From: Salisapilia sapeloensis CBS 127946
Taxonomy: Eukaryota; Protista; Oomycota
Reading direction: 5' to 3'
Assembly: GCA_023334545.1 (NCBI GenBank)
Contig: JAADVB010000029.1
Coordinates: 1-64,000 of the forward strand
DNA: 64,000 nucleotides
The translations under genes were made by a program, and so were the position numbers. Shown here one piece after another: positions 1-12,270 of the stretch. The first letter of the stretch is position 1. The number at the start of each line of letters is the position of its first letter. The notes below the pieces were generated by a model that ran no database searches, was not told the DNA's origin, and worked only from the letters and a program-made list of their open reading frames with translations.

Positions 1-1093
1 CTTTCGCACCCTTCAATAGGATAGGGTATACAATACGGATAGGATATATCAAACGGCAGACCCCGTGAATTTATTCCGATAGAGACTTGCCTAACTGTTG
101 CAAATCTCACACGGATCACGCTACAGTGAGCACGGTGACGGTAACCTCAATTTAAACGTAGGATAGAGTACGAGAGACGAGATGTATTAACAACATCTAG
201 CGGCATCTCTATTGCGGGCACCAAACACCTGTTCTTGCACTGGTAATTTGGCAGGAAAGTTATATTGAAGCGTTTCGTTCGGTTTCCAATGGTTAGCGGC
301 AAAGCAAGATCGGCGATTCTCAACGCGGAATTGCCCGATTCGATTCTCGTTAATAGAGCTACAGCTACAAAAGATGAATCCTCAATTATACCAAATTGGT
401 ATTCGGCGCGAACACAGCCATACTGCTCAGCTATCGCCTACTTGACACTACTCACAGATGCTACCCAGTCTACCTACTCGAACCGAAATGGCTTTACAGC
501 ACTTACGAGTAAGCTGAAGTTTAGGTAATTTCGGTGTCCATGCGAGTCTTACCAAGTAGACGAGCATAGCTTTTAAGGAGCAGCTACAAGATGACGAATC
601 GTAAAAGTTTTCGACTTTGTGACCATAGTGTGTTTAAAATGCGTCAAGCTGGGTGAGAAATCGTGAGTTCTCCAGGTAACCAAATTTTGCTTGAACACAA
701 TGTATCACGATCATTTAAACACGGATTGTATTACTTTAACTAGTCTATTTCCACTCCACTGTCGAGTTTTTTAAGACTTTGAGCTATGCATGCAAATTGG
801 ATGGTAACACCCCTTGCGTGATGATAGAGGTGAAAGAAGCGACTAGCAAATATACGATGAATGCTGCCATCTTAGCTTGTAACTACTTTCAGTCCACGCA
901 AGTTTGCAAACAAGAAAATCGATTAAAGAAGACGTTTTGTGCATTTTTCATCAAGTATGGTAAGCTGACGCTATAGTTGTGCTGTACCCACGCTTGAATA
1001 AATCGCTTCACCAATAGAACGCAATTACCGCCCACAGTTCAATTTCTTTTTCTTTTCTTTCGTTGACAACAACTTGGACAAATACAAATCGAG

Positions 1094-2365
1094 ATGGCAT
1101 TGGCCGTCGGGTGGAGTGAATTTGAGGACGATGCGAGTGGCCGCAAGTATTATTACAACAAAAAGACAGGCGAAAGTAGATGGGATCCTCCTGTAGAGGA
1201 AGATGATGAAGAGAAAAACACTCCTGCTACTCACAAATGGCTTCGATATTCAGATGACGCTACTGGTGCATCCTACTATTATGACGTTGCCACTGGCATA
1301 ACTCAATGGGAGTGCCCAGATGAGTACGTTGAAGGAGAGCCTGGTATGCCATTTGCCAAAGCTTTATTCATTCGATCAATTTGCTCACATCGGCTCCATA
1401 AAAATTGTAGACAATGAGGACGAAGAGACTTCAGATAATCCAGAAGAAGAGCAACCAGTTACCAAGGAAGACAGTGGAAAGAACAAGGAAGAAACAAAGC
1501 AAGTGGTAAACACTGAAGTCGATTCTACAGAAGTTGTAGAGGAGAACGTGGATACAGAAGCAGAATCTACGAAAGAGCCGAGCGAGTCAGAGGGTACTCT
1601 CGAATGGGTTCGGCATATCGACATTACGAGTGGAAAACCATACTTTCACAATCTCACTACGAATTCAACGACATGGGAGCAGCCCGTTCGATTCGTCGAT
1701 GCGTCCAAAGTACAACAAGGACAATCGTCTCAGTACAAAAGCTACGTCCAAAAGGTCCAAAAGGATCAGATGACGCAAGGAACCCAGCAGGTAGTAGACC
1801 CAAACGGACATCTAGGTCGATTGAACTCTGTTCTGGGCAATATCAACACTTCATCATCCACTGGAGCCGAATGGCAGCAGCATGTAGATCCCCACACCCA
1901 AAAGTACTACTATCATAACGCTGTCACCGGGGTCACGCAGTGGACGAAACCAGACGCACCTATCCAGTCCGCCGTACGTCTCGTCAATACCTCTCCTTTT
2001 TCATTCATTTACTCACTCCTTGCTAGTTGGCAGACTGGTTACCAGCTACTGAGGCGGAGGAAGTGGTGACAGACAAGGCAGTGGACGGTGTTCACTACGC
2101 CGCACAGGCCAAGTTTAATCGACTCACGGGCAAGTATGAGCAGCTCGGTGGAGACGATTACTGGGCTGCGAATGGCATTCCAACAGACCGAGCAGATCGA
2201 CAGATGAGCCACTTCTTTGACATTTCCCAATTGGAACAAAATCGAGCAGAAGCACAGAAGAAGAAAGAGAAGCTGAAGCGAAAGAAGATTGATTGGAAAA
2301 AGCTGACGCAAGAGAAGAAAGCCAAAAAACAGAAACAGAAGAATGAATGGCTGTTTGTGGATTAA
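1094..2365 (+). CDS. Four-WW-domain protein with conserved basic C-terminal module; 3 exons (1094-1343, 1411-1973, 2027-2365)
   Basis: Four WW motifs: GWSEFED..GRKYYYN..TGESRWDPP, KWLRYSD..GASYYYD..TGITQWECP, EWVRHID..GKPYFHN..TNSTTWEQP, EWQQHVD..QKYYYHN..TGVTQWTKP. GT-AG introns 1344-1410 and 1974-2026 join the three ORF-track pieces in frame. Confidence 0.85.
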
Positions 2366-2383
2366 AATCTAATTCGTACGTGC

Positions 2384-3380
2384 TTACTCCACCACATACT
2401 CGTCCTCACTTGCATCGTCTTCCATATCTCCATTTCGATTTAAACCATTCGTTTGTTGTCTATAGTTATAGAGATAAGTTGGGATGATAAAGTGTAGAGA
2501 TGAGATAGGTATACGTTTCTTGGAGCTGGATTTCCATTTCTACGTCTCGTTCCAGATCCTCAAACACCACCTTCTTTGGACAGCCTACATCACTTCATAA
2601 GTACCAATCTTTACCTTTCTATTTATTGAAGGTACCTCCAACAGGACACTTGTGACTGCGTTTGAGATGGGAAAGGATACCCTGCTTTGAGTACGTGTGA
2701 TGGCATTGTGGACTATATCCAGACGAATTAGAATCCCTTTCGTACTATACATCGACTACGATATACTTTTGGAGTGGTTCAGTCATCACGAGCTGTGTCA
2801 CGGGGCAGATCATACTGTGATTACTCTCTGATCCCTGGAGTACCACATCCTGATTCTCATCTTCTGCCAATTCGATCTGTAGACGATAGCATAAGCACTT
2901 TCAATCATCTTTATAACTATACTAGACATACTCCAGCTTTATCACAGAACTTGCGGTACATTGGATGCTGAGCATATTTCACTCGAGGTGTTCTCAAGCC
3001 ATGCTGAAGAGCTTTCTCGACTTTGGCTTGGTCCTACTTGCACGACTGATGAGATATGGAGCACGCATGCAATTATAACCACATACCAATTTGCCGCTAT
3101 TGACTTGACCTTCCAACTTTTCAATCTCTTTCTTATAGTTAGTCAACCGCGTCTCCAAAACAGCAAACTCTTTCGCTGTTTTCTCCAACTTCTTCCGCTG
3201 ACTTGCTTCATCACCGACATCCTTGAGCAATTCAGCACTTGCTGCCAGCGAATTCAAACCCTCAATCGTGTATTTCAGCACTTCAGCTTGCTGCTTCTTA
3301 GCTGTGAATAAAGCGCTCTTGGCAGCAGTCGGCAATGCCAATTGGATTGACCGCTCGAGCTCTGCCTCGTACTCAGCCAT
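2384..3380 (-). CDS. NSMCE2: NSE2/MMS21 SP-RING E3 SUMO ligase (SMC5/6 subunit); 6 exons
   Basis: Manual splicing over five GT-AG introns gives an N-terminal coiled coil, then CPVTQLVMTEPLQNPQCHHTYSKQGILSHLKRSHKCPVGGC (SP-RING) and an acidic tail ending TAA at 2384-2386. Confidence 0.85.
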
Positions 3381-3465
3381 GCTACTACCCAAAATGGCGG
3401 GAAAGATAGTTAACGGTTAAAAGTTAGAAAGATAGTCATCCCCTTCCAAAGAAAAGAAAAAGAAT

Positions 3466-4532
3466 ATGGATGCAGGAGCTGCCGGTCTCGAGCAGTTTAC
3501 GCTGCTAGCAAAGAACGCTCGAGGACGTGCTTGCGTGGCATTAATCCAGCAAGTTCTGTCGAATAAGAAGCTGTTTGTTTTCCGTGAGCTGCTGGAGACG
3601 CCGAATGTGCAGGCACTCCAAGGCACGGAGCATGAAGGATATTATAATCTACTGCAGATTTTCTGCTACGGACAGTACCAAGACTACCTAGGTACATCCT
3701 ATCTAGAGGTTATACACTAGGTCATATCGATAGATTCTTGTGTATAGAGAAGAAGAATGAGCTACCAGAGCTGACAAACGAGCAAGTGGATAAACTGCGA
3801 AAGCTAACAGCCGTCTCCCTCGCCCATGAAAATAGCGTACGCATAACTGCATCATACATTCTATTGCAATCACGAGCATCTTATGCTGGACCATAGATGG
3901 TGCCATACGAGACATTGATGTCGAAATTGGGTGTTCAAACCTATCGGCAGCTAGAAGATATCCTCATCGACACCATCTACTCGGTACATCCTACAACTAT
4001 GCCCTAGAAGTGTACAACTCATGCTAAATGCCCTTCTTAGGGACTTTTACAAGGGAAATTGGACCAAAAGTCCAAAAGTTTTGTCGTCAAGTTCGCAGCT
4101 GGACGTGACGTCCAACCTTCGGATCTTGATGCTATGGTCACGAAGCTCCAGAAATGGTATGCAGAGTCTCTGGGAAATAGTAGAGTGTGTATCCGGACTA
4201 AGATCATGGATGCGATAATAGGAAATCCGAAGCCTCTACCATTACGACTCGTATCGATACAATCCTAAAGCAGGCTGAAGAGACGGAAGAGCAAGAGCGG
4301 CAGCGGGAAGAAAACTTGCGATCGAAAGTCGGAACAAAGCCATCCAAAGGCAATCGAGAGAAGTTTAACAGCGTCTACGATGGCTCTGATGGCTACATGA
4401 ATCCATCGTCTCGAATGTATTTATCCTTCATACCAAATCAAGTAGACTCTAGTGACGAAGTAATTTTATACTAGGGGATCTGGACGGCATGGAAAGCAAC
4501 GTATGCAGTCGATGGGCCGTCGCAACAAGTAG
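3466..4532 (+). CDS. COPS7: COP9 signalosome subunit 7 (PCI domain); 6 exons
   Basis: LEQFTLLAKNARGRACVALIQQVL..LFVFRELL..YNLLQIFCYGQYQDY, KLRKLTAVSLA, VPYETLM, RQLEDILIDTIYSGLLQGKLDQK, GRDV..DAMVTKLQKW after removing five GT-AG introns; stop TAG at 4530-4532. Confidence 0.85.
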
Positions 4533-4599
4533 ATCACTACGCAAAAGAAAAATATTTTGATCTAAGAAAACTTTTCTTTCCTTGACAACATATTTTACA

Positions 4600-6624
4600 A
4601 TGAACGGACGAAAGCGGTTCATGCCATCGACGAGTACTTCTATTCCCAATGGAGCCGTCAAAAAGCCTGCTACCTTGAATCTACAAGAAGTGAGGAGAAA
4701 ACTGCCTATTTATGAACACCGGAGTGTTATTGTAAATGCTGTGAAAGACCATCGAGTGGTTATTCTAGTTGGTGAGACTGGAAGTGGGAAAACGACGCAA
4801 GTACCACAGTTCCTATGGGAACAAAACAATCAAGGGAAGGTTGCAATTACACAGCCACGACGTGTAGCTGCCATCTCCGTTGCACAGCGTGTGAGTGACG
4901 AAGTGAATCGTGATCAGCTCGGTGGTGTTGTTGGCTATAGCGTCCGTTTCGATGACACTACTTCCTCCAAGACAAAACTAAAATTCCTAACGGACGGTAT
5001 GCTCTTGCGAGAAGCTCTCTTGGATCCTTCTCTCCAAAAGTATTCCGTCGTAGTGTTGGACGAAGCCCATGAACGTACTCTCCAAACAGACATCCTTTTT
5101 GGTGTTGTTAAACGAGCTTTAAAAAAACGATCAGACCTGCAAATAGTCGTTATGTCTGCAACGTTAGATGTACAGCTATTCCAGCACTTTTTCAAAGATC
5201 AAAACCCGGGTATCGTCCGTATCCCAGGACGAATGCATCCAGTCGACGTCTTCTACACACCTCAGACCTTACCAGACTACCTCGACGCTTCTCTTGTTGC
5301 TATTCTCCAACTACACTTGGACAAGAAAGACAATGGCGCCATCCTTGTTTTTCTCACGGGGCAAGAGGACATTGAGACGCTGGATGCGTTGCTGGAAGAC
5401 TATGCTCGCACTTTACCAGCAGACGCACTCAAGCTGGAAGTTTGTCCGATCTTTGCAGCAATGCCTCGAGAGCAGCAGATGAAAGTGTTTGAACCGGCGA
5501 CACAAGGTGTACGCAAAGTCATTTTGGCCACGAATATCGCAGAGACGTCCATTACCATCAACGGCGTTCGATACGTTGTCGACACAGGTCTTGTGAAGAA
5601 ACGCTCGTTCGTGGCAAAAAGTGGTATGGAAATGCTAGTGAGCGAACCTATTTCCAAAGCGCAGGCTTGGCAGCGTACTGGTCGAGCTGGACGTGAAGCC
5701 CCCGGCGAGTGCTATCGGCTATTCCCGGAAGACACGTTTGAACAACTACCGGAACGAGGTCTTGCAGACATCCAACGCGTGAGTCTCGAAACAGTCGTTC
5801 TGCAGCTCAAGTGCATGGGTATTGATAACGTCCTGACTTTTGATTTCATTGAACCTCCTCAACGCACATCCTTAATCAAGGCGATGGAGAAATTGTATGC
5901 GCTAGGTGCGTTTGATAAGACTGGCAAACTGACTGAGAGAGGGAGACAGATGGCAGGACTACCGGTGGAGCCTATGTACGCTGTCATGTTGCTCCAGTCG
6001 ACCGATCTGGCTTGTGCAGAGGAAGCGCTGAGCATCGTGGCGATGTTGTCCGTGGAAAGCATCTTCTACTCTCCTCGTGACAAGAAAGCGCAAGCTGCAC
6101 AGTCTCGAGCACGCTTCCAAGCTTTCGAAGGAGACCAGATCACGCTCCTCAACATCTATAACGCGTATGCACAGACCAGTTCCAAGCAGCAACGCAAGTT
6201 CTGTAGGGACCATTTCTTGAACCATCGAGCACTCCAGCGTGTGGACAATGTCCGAGATCAGCTCAAGCACTACTTGGAGCAGCTTCAGCTTCCAGTCGAA
6301 ACAAGCCTTCCGGATACTGTTCCTGTACGAAAGAGTATTGTCGCTGGCTTCTTCTTGAACACAGCTATGCGCACTGCGAATCCAGACGTGACAACGCATG
6401 GCGGAGGAAAGACAGCGTATAAGACGATGGGATCAGGTGAAATCGTCAAGGTCCACCCGTCATCTACGTTGTTCATGAGAAACCCACCTCCTAAGTTCAC
6501 TGTATACAACGAGCTCGTGTTCACTAGTCGGCATTACATTCGATCTGTGCTCGTTGTCGAACGGGATTGGCTCGTGGAATTAGCTCCAACATTCTTCGCA
6601 CCGACGAAACAGGCTCAGCAGTAG
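4600..6624 (+). CDS. DHX33: DEAH-box RNA helicase, DHX33/Dhr2-like
   Basis: GETGSGKTTQ, TQPRRVAA, DEAHER, MSAT, ATNIAETSIT and QRTGRAGR motifs, plus HA2/OB region. First ATG is at 4600 (the ORF track begins at a TTG). The paralogue assignment is inference. Confidence 0.8.
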   Translation: MNGRKRFMPSTSTSIPNGAVKKPATLNLQEVRRKLPIYEHRSVIVNAVKDHRVVILVGETGSGKTTQVPQFLWEQNNQGKVAITQPRRVAAISVAQRVSDEVNRDQLGGVVGYSVRFDDTTSSKTKLKFLTDGMLLREALLDPSLQKYSVVVLDEAHERTLQTDILFGVVKRALKKRSDLQIVVMSATLDVQLFQHFFKDQNPGIVRIPGRMHPVDVFYTPQTLPDYLDASLVAILQLHLDKKDNGAILVFLTGQEDIETLDALLEDYARTLPADALKLEVCPIFAAMPREQQMKVFEPATQGVRKVILATNIAETSITINGVRYVVDTGLVKKRSFVAKSGMEMLVSEPISKAQAWQRTGRAGREAPGECYRLFPEDTFEQLPERGLADIQRVSLETVVLQLKCMGIDNVLTFDFIEPPQRTSLIKAMEKLYALGAFDKTGKLTERGRQMAGLPVEPMYAVMLLQSTDLACAEEALSIVAMLSVESIFYSPRDKKAQAAQSRARFQAFEGDQITLLNIYNAYAQTSSKQQRKFCRDHFLNHRALQRVDNVRDQLKHYLEQLQLPVETSLPDTVPVRKSIVAGFFLNTAMRTANPDVTTHGGGKTAYKTMGSGEIVKVHPSSTLFMRNPPPKFTVYNELVFTSRHYIRSVLVVERDWLVELAPTFFAPTKQAQQ

Positions 6625-9013
6625 GTAGTTTTCTTTCATCTTTGACATTTTTACAAAGACTTTGAAAAAGCGCTTTGGAGAAGAGAGCTATATGATGTAA
6701 AATCAAAGCATGTAGCGAATGCTGGTAGTCTTTGAACTTACATCTTTGTCATCTAGTCTCGTTCATGACTATGGTTGCCATGTGACCAATGTCAAGGTTA
6801 CTACTAGTGCGTTCATTCGACAGTTTCTTTGGTTAGTAGATAATTTGAATCTAGAGCTGATCATGGTGTTTTGAAATGTCTGTAGATAGACTTAATACGA
6901 TTCAATGCCGAGGCTTATGTCGACACTGGTGAGTAGTCGAGTATCTTGGTACTCGACATGATATTGCTGGTATTTGTCTTTGCTTGTTGCACAATAACAA
7001 TTGGACTAAGAGAGCTACGCCAGGGAAGCCATTTGCATAAGAGTCTGTCTCTCTTCCGGAAATAACTCGTTAGTTGGGCAGATTCCAATATGCAACACGT
7101 AATTGCGCAGTCTGGTCATCGAAACAGTTGACGTCTTACTCTGACCGCTCTTTGATGCAACCGCTCCAGCGTGCTTCAAGGAAGACATTATCACTAGCCC
7201 AATTTCAAATTAAATTTAAGAGCTAGGAAACCATTTCAACATCTTTCAGGAAAAGTTGTCTCAATCCGTTCCTTTATGCTGATCGCCAATGCCGACATTT
7301 CGATGCTAGAGGATCTACGATCTACGATAAAGCTACTACTGCTGTGCACTTCGCACTTGCATTGTTGTACATGAACGACATTGCAGCTAAAAAGCGCAAA
7401 CTCGAGCATTCTGCCAAGTTACCAATACATGCGCCAATTGCGACAACGATGACAAGTAAAACAGTATACACTTTATCGACACACTCGCAATCCAGTATTG
7501 GAAATGGATCGCAGTGAGCAGGATTTACAGCGAGGTATACGTAACATGAACAGAGACCTCAATGATAAATACCGAAGAAAGTTACACTGGTCATCATTGT
7601 AACGGATCAAGCAAAGTCGAAATATCTTAGGGCAATCCTCTCCAAAAGTTCTCGCCAGATAATTCCGACTTTGCGCAAGGAAAGTATAGTTCGGATAGAA
7701 ACACCAGTTGGCACGTATGGACGATTCGCTTGGTATCGCCGACGCATGCGTGCTCAACTACTTTTGCCAATTCAACTAGCAGGAAGGAAGCCACGTCAGA
7801 CGATCTCTATATTAGCAAGTCACTGCCAACATGCAGAACAAAGATGGGAGTGGGCTAGGCACGACATTTATTCTTCATGAGGCAGATCCTAATATTTAAA
7901 CAGAGGTTGGCATGGAATACCACGCCCGGCACAGCTGTAAGCGCTTTCTAGACACTACGGGAAGGAATTGTCATGCCATCATAGCTCCGACTCATTACGT
8001 TCCTCGGCTTTTCAATCAACGACAATGTTTACCGATAATACAGCTGACGGATATTGTTGTAGGCATGCAGTCCTATTTGAAATAGAAATTACGAAGCGAG
8101 AAAGAGAGCTTTAGAAACGAAGATATGAAAGCGAATAAGATAGTTGATATCTTTTAGGCGCTTATACTGGTGACGTGGCATCTAGCTTTCGTCTTTACGT
8201 GGACATTACGAAAGCAAACTTCGTGCGTTTGGAATACCGTACTGAATAAATGAAGATGGGAAGAGTAAAATATACACTCCTGCGCCCTTTTACATCAGTA
8301 TCTTGAATACAACTCTGCAAGTACCGCCATACAGTTGCATTTGGAGTAGCAAAGATGGTGCTCCGAAAAAAGTTATCAGCTTTCGGAGCGTGGCAACGGC
8401 GGTCAAGACAGTTTTTCAATGCCTGTCGAAGCCGTGCAAATAGGATTGTACCTCATTAAGCACGCTTAGTCAATTCGTTAGTAAAATTTAGTAAGAGTAG
8501 TGACTAGTCTGAAGCGATTCTGCCACGCATAATTCTTTGAATTTATGGAGCTCGTCACCGCCATATCATAGCTGCAGTCGCATCCAACGCATGCTGAGCT
8601 GTGCGTCCAAAGTAAATGACAAAACTCCTACCAACGAATTCAGTTCACCCTTTCCCATCTGTGTCGAAAAGACGTTGCTCGCAATTCCCATCGCCACGAT
8701 GGTAGCACAGAAAGTTTAGTATGAAGGCGTGCGAACGACCGGTTGACGATACGCCATCGTAGTAAGCTCATCTTGGCTTCTATCCTGATAAGCCAGTGCT
8801 TTACCTTCCTTACATACTTTTTCCTAGATGAAAAACTTCCTTCCGATCGTTCGTAGCTTTCGGAAAACCACGTGTTGAGCTGTCACACTGACAAAATGTA
8901 TGCAGCCACTTGACTTCCACTGGACCAGATGGTGGAGTCGATAGGGATAAGCGAGAGGCATGCCCAGATCTGAACAGCACAATTTCGTATCGTAGGCCGA
9001 AGACAGAGCTGTC

Positions 9014-11323
9014 ATGGGCGCTGCTTCCAAAGACCCGACATCGAGTGAGTTCCATGTATCGTCCGTCGCTTCCGAGCCTCGCTTCCAGAATATGGAGCCT
9101 GAACCGACGGTCCTCCAGGCCGAAGGAGCTGGTTACATGTACTCCACACCCGTCCGAAAACAGTATAAACGCTGGCCATACGTCGTCGTCACAACTTGCT
9201 TCCTCGTTGCATTCTACGCCTACCTTTATGTCCAACTGCCCGAGTATCGCGTCGGATTGCGCTACTCCCTCAACATGCTCTTTGGCTCGGAAGTCGAGGA
9301 CCGCGAATGGGTCGGTGGACACCGAGAAATCGTCGACTTTGTCTTCGTCTATGCACTCATTGGTCTTCCGACAATGATCGGAGGTGCTGCCTTAGCTGGT
9401 GCGAATGCACTCCCACCCGTTCCGACAGGTCTCCACCGAACATTGATGCGCTTCATGAAGCGAAAGCTCGTTCCAGCACGCACGAACCTGACGTATGCCG
9501 AAAGCTTCTGCACCATGCTGTACCTAGGATTAAATGCAGTCTGGTTCTCTGCTGTCTTCACACGCACAATGGCATCTCAGAATCCTACGGGTGATCCAAT
9601 GGAACCAATGTCCGCGATTAAAATGGTAGGCTACGTCCTCGGTTTCAACGCCGTCCTCGGTTTCTCCGTCATCGCGTTGCCTGCCACGCGTAACTGCTTC
9701 TGGTTTATGTCCGCTGGTGTGGACTACGCCCACTCGATCAAATACCATCGGTGGATTGGTTTCTTAACGATCGGATGTGTCTTTGCTCATGTCCTGCCGT
9801 ACTACATCGATTGGATTTCCAAAGGCATCTTCCTAGAAGTGTCCTTCCCATGTTTCAATTGTGACATTGGAGCCGACGGCAAGCATCGACTGGATATTTT
9901 CGGTGGCCAACTCGCCTTCTTCAGCTGTGCCATCATCCTCGCAACATCTCTTGGCCCCGTCCGTCGTCGCTTCTATTCCATCTTCTACTACTGCCACCAT
10001 CTCTTCCTCCTCGTACTCGTCGGCATGACACTCCACTTTGGTTACTTTGTCATTTGGATGTACCCGTCTATCTGCCTCTACGTCATGCACCGCATCCTCT
10101 CGCGCAGCCAAAGCTGTGCACCGACGGAACTCGTGGAACTCGAAGCCATCCCCGGTGACCTCACTCGTATCGTCTTCCGTCGTTGCCCTGGAAAGTCTGG
10201 TCTCTACCATGCTGGTCAGTTCATCTACCTGCGCATCCCAGCCTTGGCAACCGCAGAGTGGCATCCATTCAGCATCAGCTCTTCTCCGATCGAATGGGAC
10301 AACACATTTACCGTTCATATCAAAGCTGCTGGTCCATGGACCACTGGGCTCTATGCTCTTGCCGAACAAGCTCGGGAAGAAGAGAGACCTCCTCTCGTGT
10401 ACGTCGATGGTTTCTACGGTAAAACGTCCGACGACTTCCAGCACTACCCAGCTCTCGTCCTCTTATGCGGTGGTATCGGCAGCACGCCACTTATCAGTAT
10501 GCTCGGTAAGATTCTTGACTGCATGTCGACGGGCGATCCCGCCGTCCGAAACCTCCACGTCTACTTCCACTGGACGTCTCGTGAGATCGCCATCTTCCAC
10601 GAGTTTGAGCCGTTGCTAGATGCGATCGAGGCCTTTGACCCGACGCACAGTCGCATCCGCGTCAGCCTCCACTTTACTGGTGACCAGCATAACGCTGTGT
10701 CCAAAATCCCGGAGACGGTACCGCTGAAGCCGCTGGAGGACACGCAAGATGTCCCGAAGCGACCGTTTGCACAGGCTGCAGTTTCTGCTCCTCGACAAAT
10801 GGTCCTCTTCTTCGTCGTCTTTACCGCCAGCTTCTTCTGTGTCCTGCTCATGCGACTGGGATACCCTGTGCTTGGCTACCATAACCAGCAACAGCAGTTG
10901 TGGCCACTTCAGCGTATTCTCGAGCTTCTCTTGATGATCGGTGGCGCTGCTGTCGGCTGGATCGTCGTCTTGACGGACAACCGTCCGAAGGCCAAGTCGG
11001 AGGCACAACGAGCTGTTGAAGTGAACTCCTTCAGCGAACAAGCGGGATTACACCCGAATGACGACAATCGACCGACATACTCGCACTCGCTGGAGCTTAC
11101 AGAAGTTGATGATGCGTTCAAGCACCCAGTCCTCCGTACTCGACTGAATGTCAAGGAAGTGTTCAATACGGTCGTGGAAGAGCAGTCGACGAACTATGCG
11201 ATTGCCACGACTGGTATCGGCACTTGGGTGTGTGGTCCGACGGGGCTGATTAATATGGTGGAGAACGAAGCAGCAAACTTTGCTGGCATCTTCGACGTCC
11301 ACTCGGAAGAATTTGAGCTGTAG
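9014..11323 (+). CDS. Ferric reductase (FRO/FRE)/NOX-family transmembrane oxidoreductase
   Basis: Heme His pairs (YHRWIG..FAH; YCHHLF..LHF), FAD motif HPFSISS, DGFYG, NADPH motif LLCGGIGSTP, C-terminal VCGP and HSEEFEL; two extra TM helices in the NADPH domain, as in plant FROs. Confidence 0.9.
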   Translation: MGAASKDPTSSEFHVSSVASEPRFQNMEPEPTVLQAEGAGYMYSTPVRKQYKRWPYVVVTTCFLVAFYAYLYVQLPEYRVGLRYSLNMLFGSEVEDREWVGGHREIVDFVFVYALIGLPTMIGGAALAGANALPPVPTGLHRTLMRFMKRKLVPARTNLTYAESFCTMLYLGLNAVWFSAVFTRTMASQNPTGDPMEPMSAIKMVGYVLGFNAVLGFSVIALPATRNCFWFMSAGVDYAHSIKYHRWIGFLTIGCVFAHVLPYYIDWISKGIFLEVSFPCFNCDIGADGKHRLDIFGGQLAFFSCAIILATSLGPVRRRFYSIFYYCHHLFLLVLVGMTLHFGYFVIWMYPSICLYVMHRILSRSQSCAPTELVELEAIPGDLTRIVFRRCPGKSGLYHAGQFIYLRIPALATAEWHPFSISSSPIEWDNTFTVHIKAAGPWTTGLYALAEQAREEERPPLVYVDGFYGKTSDDFQHYPALVLLCGGIGSTPLISMLGKILDCMSTGDPAVRNLHVYFHWTSREIAIFHEFEPLLDAIEAFDPTHSRIRVSLHFTGDQHNAVSKIPETVPLKPLEDTQDVPKRPFAQAAVSAPRQMVLFFVVFTASFFCVLLMRLGYPVLGYHNQQQQLWPLQRILELLLMIGGAAVGWIVVLTDNRPKAKSEAQRAVEVNSFSEQAGLHPNDDNRPTYSHSLELTEVDDAFKHPVLRTRLNVKEVFNTVVEEQSTNYAIATTGIGTWVCGPTGLINMVENEAANFAGIFDVHSEEFEL

Positions 11324-11731
11324 AAGTCGTGGTCTTATTATTTTGTTCCAAGCGTAGGAAAGGCACGAAGCTTGTTCGTTGCCACATGGAATACACGACC
11401 AGTAACGTTTTTGTTTTCCTTATCCCATCTTCACTCCCAATGGTTTCCATCTACACAACAAACTACCTTTACCCTCGTCATGACGAAATATCATACATGC
11501 ATGCCCTTGAAATCTGTAGATAGGAAGGAGATGATAGCTAGTAGAGATGAGAGAAGGATAGAAACGGATGCAAAAGGAAGTACACGATATTTAGCCCAAC
11601 TGACAGCCGAAGCTGTGCTCTTCAGTTTGTATTTCTTGGAATATGCGCCCGACATGTTCATTTACCGATGCCAAAGTTACTTTTCATGCATGCATAAAAA
11701 GCAGCTTACTACCAAAGAAAAGGAATGTGGC

Positions 11732-12124
11732 TTAGACGCGGCTCGGGTAGAGCATGACGCGAACGCTGGCGCTGATGGCCGACGGCGGGAGGTTGCGCGT
11801 GAACTTGGCGCGAACGACACCGTTGTTACCGTGGGCACGGCAGACCTTGCCCCAGATCACACGGAACTTGCTGCCGTTCTTGGCAGACTTGCCCTTGTAG
11901 ATGTAGGCGATCTTCTTACCGAGGTAAAAGTCCACGTCGTTCTTGTCCTGGAGACCCTGGATCTTGATCAACGCAGTGTGGTTGTACTGCGTGTGGAGGT
12001 TGCTACAGAATCAAACGTAAGCTACAACACTTTATATCGTATAAACTAGAAAAACACACCGCTTGTAGCCAAGGAACACTCCTTTGACGTAGAGGCGAGT
12101 AGGCTGACCGGTTTTAGCGACCAT
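11732..12124 (-). CDS. RPL35A: 60S ribosomal protein eL33 (L35a); 2 coding exons, intron 12003-12059
   Basis: MVAKTGQPTRLYVKGVFLGYKR|NLHTQYNHTALIKIQG..FYLGKKIAYIYK..IWGKVCRAHGNNGVVRAKF..NLPP..VRVMLYPSRV. Confidence 0.97.
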
Positions 12125-12137
12125 GGTAAATAAATTC

Positions 12138-12270
12138 CTGTGCACAGAGGACGTTAGCAAGGTATCACTAGCGATGCAGTCCATGACGTGGTCATGGGGA
12201 CAGCCGCAGAGAGAAGCTCTCGGTCTGAATTGCCACCCATGGGACTGAAAGTCGAGAAAGGTAGACGTAC
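12138..12270 (-). other. Putative 5'-UTR intron of RPL35A (133 nt)
   Basis: Minus strand: donor ctg|GTACGT at 12270, branch-like GCTAAC and acceptor TGCACAG| at 12138, 13 nt before the ATG. The true donor could lie further upstream. Confidence 0.55.

Noticed and set aside
1-1093. ORFs 265-528 and 779-976 and an imperfect ~22-nt direct repeat (356-380 versus 578-600)
   Set aside because: Non-ATG starts, no motifs, no spliceable model; the repeat is too short and degenerate to interpret.
3692-4037. Two CSN7 introns start with the same 10 nt (GTACATCCTA); possible introner elements
   Set aside because: The similarity does not extend, GTACA donors are common in this window, and no intron family with shared bodies was seen.
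10790-10980. Two TM helices inside the ferric reductase NADPH domain
   Set aside because: The same arrangement is known in plant FRO reductases.
11372-12049. Long antisense or shadow ORFs (also 9833-10444, 10038-10619, 29938-30738, 43430-43945, 57733-58218, 61918-62643, 63123-63614)
   Set aside because: They overlap well-supported genes on the opposite strand or frame and have no recognisable motifs; typical codon-bias shadows.
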